This document shows positions 11,568 through 25,511 of a DNA stretch of 64,000 nt, piece by piece (the stretch's first letter is position 1; each line of letters starts with the position of its first letter). The position numbers were made by a program, and so were the translations under genes. Under the pieces are notes generated by a model, which saw only the letters and a list, made by a program, of their open reading frames with translations, was not told the DNA's origin and did not search any database. The stretch comes from the human T2T-CHM13v2.0 reference genome, Homo sapiens: NCBI RefSeq assembly GCF_009914755.1, contig NC_060930.1. One strand, 5' to 3'.

Positions 11568-14539
11568 TTTTTACAGTTTTATATACATTATATACAGAAG
11601 TCCCCAGTGGACTTCTATAAATGATATGATTACCTTTCAGTGGAAAGCTTAATTTGAGTACATTACTGACATAGGTCAAATTATTTGAAGTTGTGTATTC
11701 AGGTAAAAATCGCTGAAATATTATGGATAGCTGAAACATAAAATAAGAAGCATCAATTTGTATGATATTACTAAGTTTTTCTTATAGTGCAAAACTTAGC
11801 ATGATTTCCTAAAAGTCCATGGTTAAAAACACATATAAAGTTAGATTATCATAATTTATATATGTCTACTTTTGCTTTATATATGTATAATGCCATTTAT
11901 AGTACCTCTGTATCTAATGTTTTAATTCCCTATCATCCTATTTTTAAAAGTTTAATAATAATATCCCTATCATTTCTTCAATTTTCTCCATCTAGAGACA
12001 TTATATAATTCATATCTAACTAATATCAACACAGGATCTTTAATTCTCCATTAAAAAAAACACAACATTTTCTTTCAATTGAATTATTCACTAAATATAG
12101 TTTGGCATCATTTTGTGTGTTTGTTTTATAATGAATTGAATGTTTAGTTTGGAACATATGACCAAATAAACCAGTTGTTATGACATCATGGATAAGTTCT
12201 TAAATTCCCCAAACTTGCTGCGAGTGACAAAATTACAGTGCAGTTCTGGGGTTTCAGGACGATACAGGAAGATCATGTCTTCAAACAGGATTATCTAGTC
12301 AAATTCTTGCCAAATCACCCTGACAAATTACCTCAATGGAGTTCCTTTCTAATGGAGACAAATGGACTCTTCTTCCAAATAGTTTCTGACCAATGTGCTT
12401 CAATACATACTTGATAACCCAAGATGCACTTTCTGCTTTAATACCCTGTCATCACTAGCAGAAAATGAATCAAGAAGTTCCCAATTAGTTCCAATTTTGG
12501 TTGACTTATAAGAGAGAGGTACATGCCAGCTATTACATCCCCATTCTTGACAGGAGAGATAGGTGTAAATGAAAAATATATCTCTCAAAATCCACTGGTT
12601 TCAAGCATACATTGTACATTAATAAGTGTTCTTTCCTTAATCAGCAAATTACAATTTATTATTAGTTCATATCTCCTGACTGATCTTTATCAGTTGAGGG
12701 GCTCTGACTCAGCAAGCTTTGAAGAGGAGAGATACACTTTAAGGTGCCAAGTGCTGTTGCAGCTAATTTGTTAATATTTATGGCCTCAATCCACAAGATG
12801 AGTTATGTGAGCACATTGCAATTTTCAGTAGACATTTATGAGAGTGTGAGATTTGGAGTAGGAAAAGATAGCTTTGGAAAAAAAAAAAAGAGAAATCACA
12901 GATAACAAAATTTTAAGGTAACTTTAAATGACCTTAAAGTAATATGGTCTTTTTTGCATAACAAATAAAAATTGGAAACACGAAACACATTCATTTAACT
13001 TAGACACTCATAAACATTTATTGCCCTTTTAGATTGCTTTACTGCAGCACACTAAATTTCTAGAAACCTAATAACCGTGGCTTGATTCTATTTTTGTAAT
13101 TAGAACACTAAAAAGAAAATAAAATGGTTTATTTCTATCCAATGTGCTCTTTAACTTGGCTTGCATAGCATCCAGGAAAATTGCTGTTGTTGTTTGATAT
13201 GGATAGTCTGTACATCTCTAGCCATGACAGCATTATGGGCTGCCCCTGAGAGGCTGAAATAATGACAAAGTGTGATAATACATGTATTAAATACAAGCAG
13301 TGTTTTTATATGCATTTATAGTAAAACCATTAGAAATCACTTTCTGGGACTACAGTTTTGGGAATGCTGTGAGTTAAATCATATTTTTGTTATGATGAAT
13401 ACTGTTATGTTGCTAAATAAAACATGAAAAATGTAGAAAATGTGTGTAATCCTTACTCTGTGGCATTATTTTATAATAGCATATATGTCTATGGATAATT
13501 TGCTACATAGTTTCACATTTGGTCAAGGTTTAATAAAGGTAAATTTGTTGATTTTAGAAACTCTTGTGTTGTCAAAAAACCCAGAAAACGAGATCTGTCA
13601 TTGACTCTATGTCCTTTAAGTCAGAAGATACTAGTATGCATATCAAGGCTATGACATTATCCATTATAAAATAAGGAACAAACCAAATATCAGCATTGTG
13701 GTATGCAGACACAGTATCAAAGGCTGAGAAGAGCTTCTCCTAAAAATAAATTTCTAACAACAACTTCAGTATAAACAAAAATGATTAAAGAGAAAAAATC
13801 ATATTTTTTCTTAGAACAACCATATAAAATATATTTCATCATTAAATGAACAGCAGAAATCCATCTCCAAGACAATTTTGCAAATAAATTATATGCATTA
13901 ACATTTTTCTTTAAGTCAATATAAATTTAAGATTGCATAGAGAAAATGTCTACTGTTCCCCCCATTTCATTGTCCTTGGGAGAGGCGATACTGCAGTCAT
14001 CAACATTGCAAATGTTATGATTTTATAATCCACATTTAATTTTTTGGCCCTCTGCAGACTATGTCACTGGGAATGGCAGATCCACACAGGATGCAGGAAA
14101 GATAAGTTTTCATCATATGCACATAATTATTATATGGATTCCCCTCTGTCTTAATCTGATTAATGAATGTGATCGTCATACATATCCAAACACAAATAGT
14201 TCTTTCCATCTAATTTTGTTGATAAATTTGGAAAGATGATCACCAGATACAGAAGAAAAGCCACAGCACATTCATAATGCTTTGATGGCACTGAGCCTGA
14301 CCTTGCAGAGAGAGGAGGTTGATGTGCGGAGCAGATTGAGAGCTGATTTCCCATGCCCGTCGACGAGTCTGGCTAGCCTCCTAGACTGTTTGTAGCAGGG
14401 AATTTCAGTGCAACCTCTGGCCTCTCTATCCAGCAAATTTGCATGCATCCGCTGGCTGAATTTTCACATTTCACTGAATTTCCATGAAAAATGCGTTTAG
14501 AGCAGTATTTCATACCTGAAACACTTTTACATTTAGAAT

Positions 14540-14715
14540 CACTGAATTTTAGATCAGAAAGCTAAGAGAACATTTATTCCTATCCATCATTTAACAGATG
14601 ATAGCAATGAAATTCAAAAGGTTAAGTGGCTTTTCTGAAGCCGTGAGATTTTTTTTGTGTGTGTGACAAAGCCTAGACATTCTCACTGTTGGTTCAGAGC
14701 TCTTTCATTTCCACT
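14540..14715 (-). mobile_element. MIR SINE
   Basis: 'catcatttaacagatgatagcaatgaaattcaaaaggttaagtggcttttctgaag' antisense MIR core. Confidence 0.6.
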
Positions 14716-17179
14716 CTAGGATGATTCTTTATTAAATAGCTTATAGTATTAAAATCTGTTAAAATGCTGGTGTATCTAGACTTTTTAAAAAGTTAAAGTT
14801 AAAAGAGTTTTATTTCATTTATGTAAATTATGCAGTCAAATGTACAGTATAGATAAGTCGAAAAGAGCTTCGAATAGATTAACGCATTTGACATTTCAAA
14901 GCTTGAGTATTAGTAATCGATTATGTGCAACAAAAGAAAACATCTGTTTATGTATCTGAGAGGTTGTAAGCTCAAAGAAAGCAGAAACCACGTCTAATGA
15001 ATTTCCACGTTCCTGGTGCATAACAATTTATCTAGTGCACAGTGAACACTTGATATATTTATTGAATGCCTAAAGAAAACATTATGTGGTGAAGAATTAA
15101 AAAGAATTAAAAACATGCTCTTAATGTATGTTTAAAATAGTTCTGTGACAAAACTGCAGTGATAGATTCCTGGAAGTCCATGTACCTTAGGGACATGTCA
15201 TCAAAGGAACATTCAGGAAGGTGACAAAGCTGACAACTGGATCAAGAAAAGGGTTTATCATTTGGGAAAACTAGGAAGCTGTAGGTGTCATTGCAACCCA
15301 AAGGACTTGGGAAAAGAAGCAGATAATCCAATGTAGGAAGAAAAAAGGGATTAAAGAAAAGAAAGAGTGAAGAGGACTGGATACTCCCTAAGTGGAGATA
15401 TGATGTTGGAGATACTTGGCTGCATCTTAATGAACTCTGGAAGACAGTCTGTCATTTTATTTTGCTTCCAAAGCTGAGCATCTGTAAAGAACAGAAAACA
15501 GACTCTTAGGAGAAATTCAAAACCAGTAAGGGTGATCAATTCTTCTATATGAAGACTTCTGTTGTGCAAAATTTTTATTTTAACTTTATTTCTTATGAAA
15601 CAAAGCAAAATAGTTCTTTTCAATCACTTATAAAAACACGTATTCTGGAAAATGTAACTGGACCCAACATGAAATAAAGAGTAATAAAGTGAAAAAGAAC
15701 AATCTTATTTTGAAGAAGTTTCATGCTAGAAATGAGATTAACTGTCCATCTGAAATGTAAGCATGGTACTTTTTTTTAATTAAAAAATTAAAACTGTATT
15801 ATGTAGGTATGTATATTACAGTAAGGTGAGGGTGGTATAACAAATGTAAATAGTTTGGTGTTCTTGCAGCATGAAGAATGAAAGAGGATGTGGTGTCAGG
15901 ACCTCACTCTTGATGAACCCTGACACTACTTGGAGGATAAATGGATTTCCAATGCCCTTACCATTGCTAGACTTAGTGTTAACAGAAGAAATAAATAAAA
16001 GCAAGTGGGAGAAGTTGCATTAGAAACCCACGAGAGTATGATGAAAGATGTTGGAGGTTTTGAGTCGGGTGCCTTGGGAAGCTCATCTCTGGAGCTCTGA
16101 CTGAAACATGCAGCACCTTCAAAGGCAGTGAGCCTCATTTGTATGGTCAATGATTTAAGAGAGATTAAGGATTTTCTCACTTAGTGCATGTACTAAGATG
16201 GCTTCTAGAAATTAGATATACCCTACATTTTGCCTCAAGATATTTTCCTTGTCCAGGTAAGTGCTAATGTGCAAAACTTTCTGAAGAAGCACAAAGTCCA
16301 AGGGAACTATGCTAACACTACCCGAAGTCTATGAAGCCAACACTTTTTATTATGTTTAGGTGTGGAGTGAAAAAACTAAACTAAGTGGTTGAGGTATTCA
16401 TGAAATGTAACCTCAGAAAGCTGTGAAATGCTCCAGAAGTGTTTGAGACCAACCATGAGATAAAATGCTAACAATGTATTGGAACTAAATTAAAAGGAAG
16501 GTCAGGACACAGCCATGTCTGAATGGGAGATATAAAACACAGTGAATTCAAATTGATAATGCTGAGGCGAGAGATCATTTATTGCTCTTCCATTTTTCTT
16601 TTAGGGAACAAGCAATAAAATTGAAATGAATGAGCCAATTTTAAACCTAATTTTCATACAGCATCATTTCTCCTGAAGGTCCACCAAAGATAGAAACCAA
16701 AGAGAAAAATAAAGAGAAAAACAACTTACTTCACCTTCAACTCATCTCATCGAAGGGGGAGGGCTTGATATCTTGCCTGAGAAATACTCTTTAAAATAGA
16801 AACTCTGAACTACAAATAGGTTTTTATTCTTACGTGCATACATTCTGAACTTGCATAATAGTGCATAGCTCAGTCTCCACACATACACATGAATACACAC
16901 ACATACACATATACACTCACACTTCCAAATATGCACTTTACTCTCTCTCTGTCACTCTGTCATCTATCCACAAATCTGTCTATTTATCTTCATTTCTAAG
17001 TCATCTAAAATATGGTTTTTGTTCTGCGTGTGATAGTGTTTTTACCCCCTTGTGCTTGTATCTGTTTTTCTCATTGACAATATGTCTGTTTTAATTATCA
17101 TCTAGCAGATAAAAAGTTGTTGCTTTGAAGAGTTTATCAAGAGATTCTACGTGATTCTTTTTTTGGAAGTTGTCAAGAT

Positions 17180-17685
17180 TGTGTCAAGAACCGTGAAAGG
17201 TCTGAAATTTTACCCTGTGTGCAAGCTAAAAGTGTAGCCTACCACAGCTTCGTGGATGCCAGCTGAAGAAATGAAACTCTTGGATCAGAGACAAAAGACT
17301 TTGTTATTCACAGCACAACAGGCCTTTTAGGCTTCATGTTCCCATCGATTCCCCTTCCCTCTAGTCCCAAGCCGGGCAGCACAGAGCAGCCCAGACTGCT
17401 GCACACACAGCAGGTCTGTGGCCCTGATGAACCAGGGCTGAGGAAACCCATGCATTTACAAAGGCTGTTAGCAAACATGCTCACACTTTGCCCCAGAGAG
17501 ACATTATCTTTGTTATCCTGGACAGCAGGGGAAAAAAAATCTGCCCTTTGCTCCAGAGAGAGACACTCTATCTTCCAAAAATCTGTTTGCTCTGTAAACA
17601 TGCTTGAAAAGACAGTCCAGAACAAAATATTGTCAGTGCATTTCAGCAGAAACATGAGAGAACTATTGAGCCTTGTCTCCCACTA
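17180..17685 (-). mobile_element. ERVL-type solo LTR (MER76-like)
   Basis: 'ggtctgaaattttaccctgtgtgcaagctaaaagtgtagcctaccacagcttcgtggatgcc...gatcagagacaaaagactttgttattcacagc' resembles a recalled LTR consensus. Family name uncertain. Confidence 0.6.
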
Positions 17686-18349
17686 TGGACTTGCTTCTGT
17701 AGTTCTGAGCATATAAGGTTCTAAATGTTCATTTTTAACAGCCCAAAGGGTAAATATTTAGTTTGCCTGTCAGTTTCCACAAAGTTCTCTTGTCAAACAA
17801 TAAGTACTGTTTTCTTTTCTTTTTCCTTTCTTTCTTTCTTTATTTAAAGAATCAATCCTGGTACAGAGGCACCAATCTCTCACTTCTGTGTTTTGACCTT
17901 AACAACCTCAATAGTTTTTCAGACATGTGCCGTATTTGGGCCATCTCTTTTCTTCCATCATTCGTTCTTTCTTAGGCTGCAGTCCCATGCTATCTGGGTG
18001 AACATTCTAGCTCTAGGGTTTTTGTGTTGCCAACATCTACTGCAACTAATGAATCGGGTTGTCTGTGTGTTTGATAAGATCTCAGTAGGTGAGGATTCCA
18101 GCACCATTTGATTGTTTCATTCTTGGATTTTTACAGATTATGTAATGCTCCCCTCTTCTCCTTCAAGATTCCTCTAAGTACACCTATTCCTTCATTTCAT
18201 ATCAGTTTCACACCGGCAAAGGATCATACCACAGGAAAGCAGTGTTCTAAGTACTTCTGTAGAAACACAGGTTCATGTCCAGCTTCCTAAATCTGGGAAA
18301 GAAGAAGATTTTTATCTTTCTTTAATTGTATGCTATAAATAGTAAATGC

Positions 18350-18860
18350 TATTCTTAATGTAATGAAAATGATCACAAACATATCCTCACTTTTGCATTC
18401 AGAGAAGTTTGGGCCCCTTCAAAATAAACTTCTTGGAAGTCGTTGACTTATTTCACCCTTTTTTGCTTTTACACAAAATGTGTTTGGCATTGTCTTCAGA
18501 ATCTAACATAAATTTTTAAAATTTTCTTTCCAAAGTAGCCAATCTTTATCCTTTCATACTGAATTCTACTTTTGGAAATCATTAAAAGTTATTTAGAGCC
18601 CAATACAAGAAGTAGATAAACAAATGGGTTTAAAAATATGTGAATACATGTAATGAAACAGATACCCTTGTGTGGTTGATAAATCGGCCCCAAAGACAGT
18701 TCTGGCAGAAAAGTTCCAAATGTTTCAGGTTTTCACAGCTTTAGAGGAAATTAAAAGTAGCTTGTCTTCTTCAGAGGATGGGGGATTCCTTCACTGAAAG
18801 TATAACTGATGAAAACTTGTTTAAAGTGTACTCTTTTCTATGATTTTTATTCATAAAAAC
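18350..18860. mobile_element. Ancient mariner-derived non-autonomous element (MARNA-like)
   Basis: 'ccccttcaaaataaacttcttggaag...cttattt' at about 18414 and the inverted-type motif 'aaaagttccaaatgtttc' at about 18709. Heavily diverged. Confidence 0.45.
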
Positions 18861-19112
18861 AGGAATCATTTTTAAGATAAAGAGATTATATCAAAATGGA
18901 GGAATTTTGTCCACGGACATCATCTGTGCATTGCCAGATCCTATGAAATCACTTGAAGAGTTGCCTACATTGCCAGCAAAATGACTCTGTTAATTTCTCC
19001 TTCTTTTATAAACTCCCGTGCTCCTTTGTTTTATCTCGTTTTTGGAAGATATTGTGTTTGGTCAGAAACAATGGATATTTGTGAATAAATCCTATCATTC
19101 ACATGGCATTGA

Positions 19113-19467
<355 letters not shown>

Positions 19468-22094
19468 AATATTAATACCTGGTCTACAAGATGATTTTTA
19501 GATTAACGAGATAATATATTTGAAGGTAATGGCAAAATTGAAAGAGAATTGATGCTCAACAATTCTCTTTTCACCCTCCCTTTATCTTCCTGCTTGCCTT
19601 GCTCAGGATTGTATTTTACATGTCAATTTAATATTTCCTTTGGAACAGAGGAAATGGATGAAAGCCTCTAAGTTTATGGTGGCTGAGCTGCCCACTTGAA
19701 ATGTATTCTCAAAGTGCATGCCTACTCACAACAAAGAGGCAGAAGAGATAAGGGGCCTCTTCCTGCTAGCTCCTTCCCTGTGTGGGATGCAGATGAATCT
19801 GTGTAACAAGATGGGAATAGAAACAGAATCCACCCCAAACTACTGAGGTGGGCTTCAACCCTATGATGTTAGCCAAGAAACTGTTTAAATACTATTTCAT
19901 CCAATATGCAACCCTTTCAGTGGGGGGAACCCACTGAAAACATAAGACCCCTGTTCAATGACGTGAGAGCAGGTCAGCGTAGCAGTGGAGTCATCTACAG
20001 AAGGATAAAAGAGCTAAGTTCTCCTTCTCCAAACGCTTACTCAAGCTTCTCTACTAGGTGGCAACTGGGACCCTGTATCTGAGGGGAAGAGGGTCCTCTG
20101 CTCAGGAGAGTGTTTGGAACTTGGAGGGTGTGGAATGTGGGAGGGAGTAGAGCCCTGGGGAAAAGAGAGTTTTGAAGTTTTGAAGATTTTACTTTTCTAT
20201 TAATTTTTTTTTTTCAGGCTCTGAAAATACCTGGAGATTTTGTGGAGTAGCATTAGCATTGCACAGAGTCCTTTTGCCTGAGGTTTTCCCTGAATCCTAT
20301 CTCCTGGGAACCTAGGAGACACTGTGGGAAAGAAGAGTCCACAGAGGCAAGAGAAATGGCATCCTAACAATCTAAAATCCCACATATAGTCTTTCCTTGG
20401 TGATTCTCAGTTTCTACTATTGAACTTCCCTGAGTTATTTCCAGCTATAGGGTGAGGAGGGGGAATTTAAATTCCTCTTTCTATATTGTTTTCTATTGAA
20501 TCTCGAAACTGTCAGGAAAAGAAAGATAAATTGGATGCTGTTATGGTTAGTCTCTGCCACTGTTTTTTTTTGTTCATGCATTGGTATTCTGAGATTGGTC
20601 AGCAGTGCAGTTCTAGCCCTGTGGGAGAAACTATAAAAGTCTAAAAGGAAAAGAAAAAAACTGCATGCTAAATTGGGATGGGGGAAAAGAAAAAGGGAAT
20701 CTCTGTAGATCAAGGAGGGGCCAGTAACCTACAGCTAGTCCCCACTATCAAATTTACCTTTTTTTTTTTTTTTTTCAAAAAGCCTAGTATTCTTGGACAT
20801 CACATTTTAAAAGAAAGCCAAAAATGAAAATCTCCGTTCATTGAAATAATAAATAACCCTTTCTACTGGCAGAAGTGAGTACAACAAATGGGTCCCAGTA
20901 CAATTCTGCTGATAAGGTTCCTGGGAGCTGCTGAACTGTCAAAACAAGAACACGTAACTACTGAAGCTCAGTGAAAAAAAAAAAAAAAAGGTCAAGTGGA
21001 TGCTACAAGAGAGCCTTACTTTTTAAAAAGATTTAAGGCAACAATGACAACAAAAAATTAGCAGGAGAAGCTGGAGTAAAGTTGAACAATTAGTCTCTAA
21101 TTATTGTTATCATAAATATTTACTATTGTAAATATAGGTACACCTTTCAAGAAAAGCTTTGTGTTGCCTTTGCCTGTGAAAATTGGACTGCATTGAACTA
21201 ATCAATTTGATAGTACATGTGGCCTTCTATCTTCAACATAGCAGAAATGTCACTCTCAGATAGAAGTGCATGGGTAGCATACAATTTTTGAGCCCTAATA
21301 TTTTCTGTCCAGGGTCTCCTGCTGCCCTTTTATACTGGCCTCATGGTTAGACCTACGGTGTTTTGCACTGTGATTGCATGGGGGCTGCTTTATACCCTCT
21401 GTGTGCTCCTGGTGTTTATAGTGAAGGATCGTCCTAGTGGGAGAGCTTTAAAGAGTTCTTTATGTGTTATTCCCTCAGCCACAAAGGGCTGTAAATCATC
21501 TTTTCAGGCGTTGGCTTTCCTTGGCTTTCTGGCCTGCCTGGCTGATGGTATGAGGGGACAAAGTACAGAGAGGATGCAACTGTTTTGTAGCAAGTTTCTG
21601 AAACTCAGCACATCCTGGAGGCTTTCTTCCACCTTTACCATCTTAAAAGTAGCATTTTAAGGTGACTAGGATGCCATGAATAGCTCTTGATGTGTATTAC
21701 TAAATAATGTGAAAAATCAATATCCATTTCAAGGAACTGCTTTATTTCACAAGGCTTTCTTGTGGTGCTCACAGTTCTGGCACAGACTTTATTTTCCATA
21801 AGGCTCAGAAAGACCAATAATACTTTGTTGCCATTTTTATTTTTATCAATAAAATTCCTTTGGCTGTCAAATCTTCTCTTAAGCAATGTTTAAGAGTTTG
21901 AGCAGCAAAAATGTTTGAGGCTATTCTAGAATTAGAGATTCAATTTTATTCCACCCAATGCAAATACTATTCATTGACATGTACCATGTGTTAAGTACCC
22001 ACCCACAGAGGTGCACAAGACAGAAACCTAGAGACATAGACACCCGCCTACATCAAATCCACCCCCAGCTCTGTAAGTCAGTTCTTCGTATTAT

Positions 22095-22517
22095 CAGTCT
22101 GGATTTTCCAGAGAACATATATATCCTATTGGTTCTCTTTTTTGGAGGGAGAATGAGAGAGAGAGACTGAGATTTATTTTAAGGTATTGACTCACATGAT
22201 TATGGAGGCTGGTCAGTCTAAAATCCATAGGGTAGATTAGGAGGCTAGAAATTTAGGCAGGATTTATATGTTACAATCTTGAGGCAAAATTCTTTTTTCT
22301 CTAGGAAACCTCCGATTTTTGCTCTTAAGACCTTCCACTGACCATGTGAGTCCCATCTACATTATGCAGGGTAATTTGCTTGACTTCAAGCTAACTGATT
22401 ATAGATGTGTAAATTACACATCCACAAATACCTTCACAGCAATACCTGTGCAAGTATTTGACCAAACAAATGAGCATGATAGCCTAGCCAAGTTGACACA
22501 TAAAATTAATCATCACA
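22095..22517 (-). mobile_element. MLT2 (ERVL LTR, MLT2C/D-like)
   Basis: 'tttattttaaggtattgactcacatgattatggaggctgg' and terminal 'gccaagttgacacataaaattaatcatcaca'. Confidence 0.85.
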
Positions 22518-22629
22518 ATATGCAAACTATCTCAGGTTTCTCTACTCGTCATTATCTTTACTGCTGCTATTCTTGTTTAAACAACCAGTTTCTTTCACCT
22601 GGACAAATGCAACAGTATTCTACCTGCTC

Positions 22630-23033
22630 TGTTATCAGTCAGCATACTTTGGCTTATGCTATGGTAACAAGCAAACCCTACTTCTCAGTGCCTTATTTTG
22701 GTAAGCTTTTGTTGTTTGCACACTTTACATGTTGGCTCTGGCTGTATTCTATGTTATATCTTTACTGAAGGACTTGGCTGAAGGAGCAGCTCCTGTTTGA
22801 GTTGCACTGCTCTCATGGCCAAGGGAGAAAGAATAATGGCAAGACACCATGATGGCTCTTTGCACTGCCACTCCCGTGTGACATCAGTTATTCTGCTTAT
22901 ACTTTATTGGCCAAGGTAGGTCAGAGGGCCACGATTGATGCTAATAGGTAGGAGGTGTATCTTTTTACAACAAAGGCCAAGAAGTATTTAAAAACAGTAA
23001 TATACTTACCACAACCTCTCTCTATCACCTATT
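22630..23033 (-). mobile_element. MLT1J/K-like MaLR LTR
   Basis: 'ggcttatgctatggtaacaagcaaaccc...ttattggccaagg...taatatacttaccaca'. Confidence 0.7.
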
Positions 23034-23118
23034 CTCCACAATGTAATCAGAGATGTTCTTAAAATAAAATTGAATTATGTAATTTTCTCCTTTAAAAAAA
23101 CCTTCAAATGTTCAATGC

Positions 23119-23172
23119 TGTATTTGTCAGAGTTCTCCAGAGAAACAGAATCAAGGGATTCTGTTTGTGTAT

Positions 23173-23261
<89 letters not shown>

Positions 23262-23742
23262 TTCTTATAAGTAGTCAGCTCCCACAATTATGGAGGCTGT
23301 CAAGTCCTAAGATCTGCAGAGTGAATGAGAGGACTGGAGACCCAAGAGAGCCAATAGATTAGTTCTGAAAGTCTGAGAATCAGGACAGCTGGTTGTGTAG
23401 TTCTGTTAATAGTTTGAAGCTGAGCAGGCTCAAGACCCATGAAGAGCCAAGGTTTCAGTTCAAGTCTGAAAGCAGGAAAAAGCCAGTGTCCCAACTTAAA
23501 TGCCATTAGGAAGAAAGAATCCTCTTTTACTTGGGGAAGGGTCAGGCTTTTCGCTCTATTCAGGGCTTCAACTGATTGGATGAGGCCCACCCACATTAGG
23601 GAGAGCAATCTGCTTAATTAGTCTACCAATTAAATGTTAATCTCATTCAAAAACACCCTCATAGAAACTCTCTGAATAATGTTTACCAGATAGCTGGGCA
23701 TCCTGTGGCCCAGTCAATTGACACACAAAATTAACCATTATA
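23119..23742 (-). mobile_element. MLT2B-like ERVL LTR
   Basis: 'tgtatttgtcagagttctccagagaaacagaa' through 'gattggatgaggcccacccacattagggagagcaatctgctt' to 'aaaattaaccattata'. Degenerate TSD aatgc/aatcc. Confidence 0.9.
23176..23261. repeat. Tetranucleotide STR (GATA)9 GAT (GATA)11
   Basis: Read directly from the sequence. Confidence 0.98.
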
Positions 23743-23744
23743 AA

Positions 23745-24310
23745 TCCATTTTCAAATTCCCAAAACACTTGATTATAAATTCAAACTCTTACCCATGATC
23801 CATAAGGTCATGTTCCTCCAAGCCTCACCTCAGGCCATATTCCCACATGCTTGTTCTATCGTAATCACAGCACCGGTCTGACTGCTCCTGAAACTCATCA
23901 AAATCTTGGCCGCTGCAGTATTTTTATATTCACTGACCTCCTAGGCTGGAATCACTCTTTCTCTGCCCCCTAATGCTTCGCATGTCATGACAGGATCTTT
24001 CCCACTTTTCTAGCCTCAATTTAAATGCCTCCTCCTTGGAGATACCTCCCTTGACAATCCTATCTAAAGTACCAATGCTCCTTTAATTTCTACTTTCTTT
24101 CATTAACCCATTATCTCTGGTAAAGTACCTTGGTTATGTTTCAATAGCCATTTTTAATGATCCAAAATTATTTATTGTCTCTCTCCTCTACTCAATGTAA
24201 GTGTCAAGACAGTTATACTTATGTCTGTTTTTCTCACCAATGCCTGTCTAGCCCCAGTATAGCTCATGATACATCATAAGCATTACATAAACACATAGTA
24301 AATAAATGAA
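23745..24310 (+). mobile_element. L2 LINE 3' part
   Basis: 'aaattcaaactcttacccatgatccataagg...gcctcaatttaaatgcctcctccttggaga...aaataaatgaa'. Confidence 0.75.
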
Positions 24311-25368
24311 AAATCGAATGGGCTGTGAGAACTCAGAAATGAGTAAGGCAAATCTATTGGGTCTAAGTATGATTGCAGCTCAATCTAAATGAAAAATCTT
24401 TCCAAATAGAAAATAATTAACTACCTTTATAGTTCTCCATAAAAACACTTTTAAAAATGTCTAGTTGATGCCAGGAGTTCTTGAGGTTTATGTGACTATT
24501 TATTCTTTAGTGATTATGCAAGGCCAGAGAGGTTGAATGACTATTCTGTAATAATCCAAAGGTTTCTTTAATTCTGACTAATAAGTTTGTACAACAAGTA
24601 AAAATACTGACTTCACTTTGATAGGGGGCCCTAAATTCTGGATTTCCTATTTGATGGTTTATTTTGCCTAGTGTTGGATTGGGTTGGAAATATTGCAAGA
24701 CTCTCGGAGTCCTCTGAGTTTTATTCATCCAAAAAGCCATTGTCACATACAAAGATTGATCTCCAAGCCTCAGCTTCCTCAGATATACAATAACAATGAC
24801 AATATCTCCTTTCCAATGTGGCTAGCACAGGTCTTAGCCCACAGAAAATCTCAGTGGGCTGAAGCTGTTCTTAGGGCATAGGTGGTACGATGAGAAGCCT
24901 TGGTAGGTCAGCCCAGAAATGAAGAATTAGCTGGGACTTGACTGGGAAACCTGGGATGCTCTGGTCATAGGACAGACAGAATTCAAGGCAGGCTGACCAC
25001 ACATTTCCAGGACCAAAGTTTTAAAGCCCATGAGGACTGGAGAGAGCAAGATAGTACAACTATTCAGAAGAAACTATGTTAGTGTTTAAAATATGAGGAC
25101 ATGGACTCAAGAAAGAGAAGAAACATCCAGAACTCAGATAACTAAGGATCCAGGGCACAGGAAAATCTATAAGTCTCATGCAAAGTTCCTGAAACCTTGT
25201 TTGATAAGTATCAGCTGGCCCAGACCAAGGGTCTGCAGTGTCTAGTTCTGCAAGTTTTGACAAACACAGTTTTGTAACTACCATATAGTAGTTACCCCCT
25301 TAAAAATTACCGCCTTCCTATTTGTAGTCAACCTCTCTCCTCCACCCTTAGACCCTGCCAATCACTGA

Positions 25369-25511
25369 TTTCTTTCTTTCTTTTTTTCTTTTATAGAGAC
25401 GGGGTCTCACTATGTTGCTTAGCCTGGCCTTGAACTCCTGGCCGCAAACAGTCTTCCTGCCTCAGCCTCCGGAGTAGCTGGGACTATAGGTGCACACCAC
25501 TGTACCTTGAC
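25369..25511 (-). mobile_element. FLAM (free left Alu monomer) inside an old L1M fragment
   Basis: Single monomer 'tagagacggggtctcactatgttgc...gagtagctgggactatagg'. Confidence 0.85.

Noticed and set aside
17308-17716. Overlapping 115/126-aa ORFs, and likewise the 149-aa ORF at 22319
   Set aside because: They lie within LTR remnants and have no recognisable domain or exon structure.
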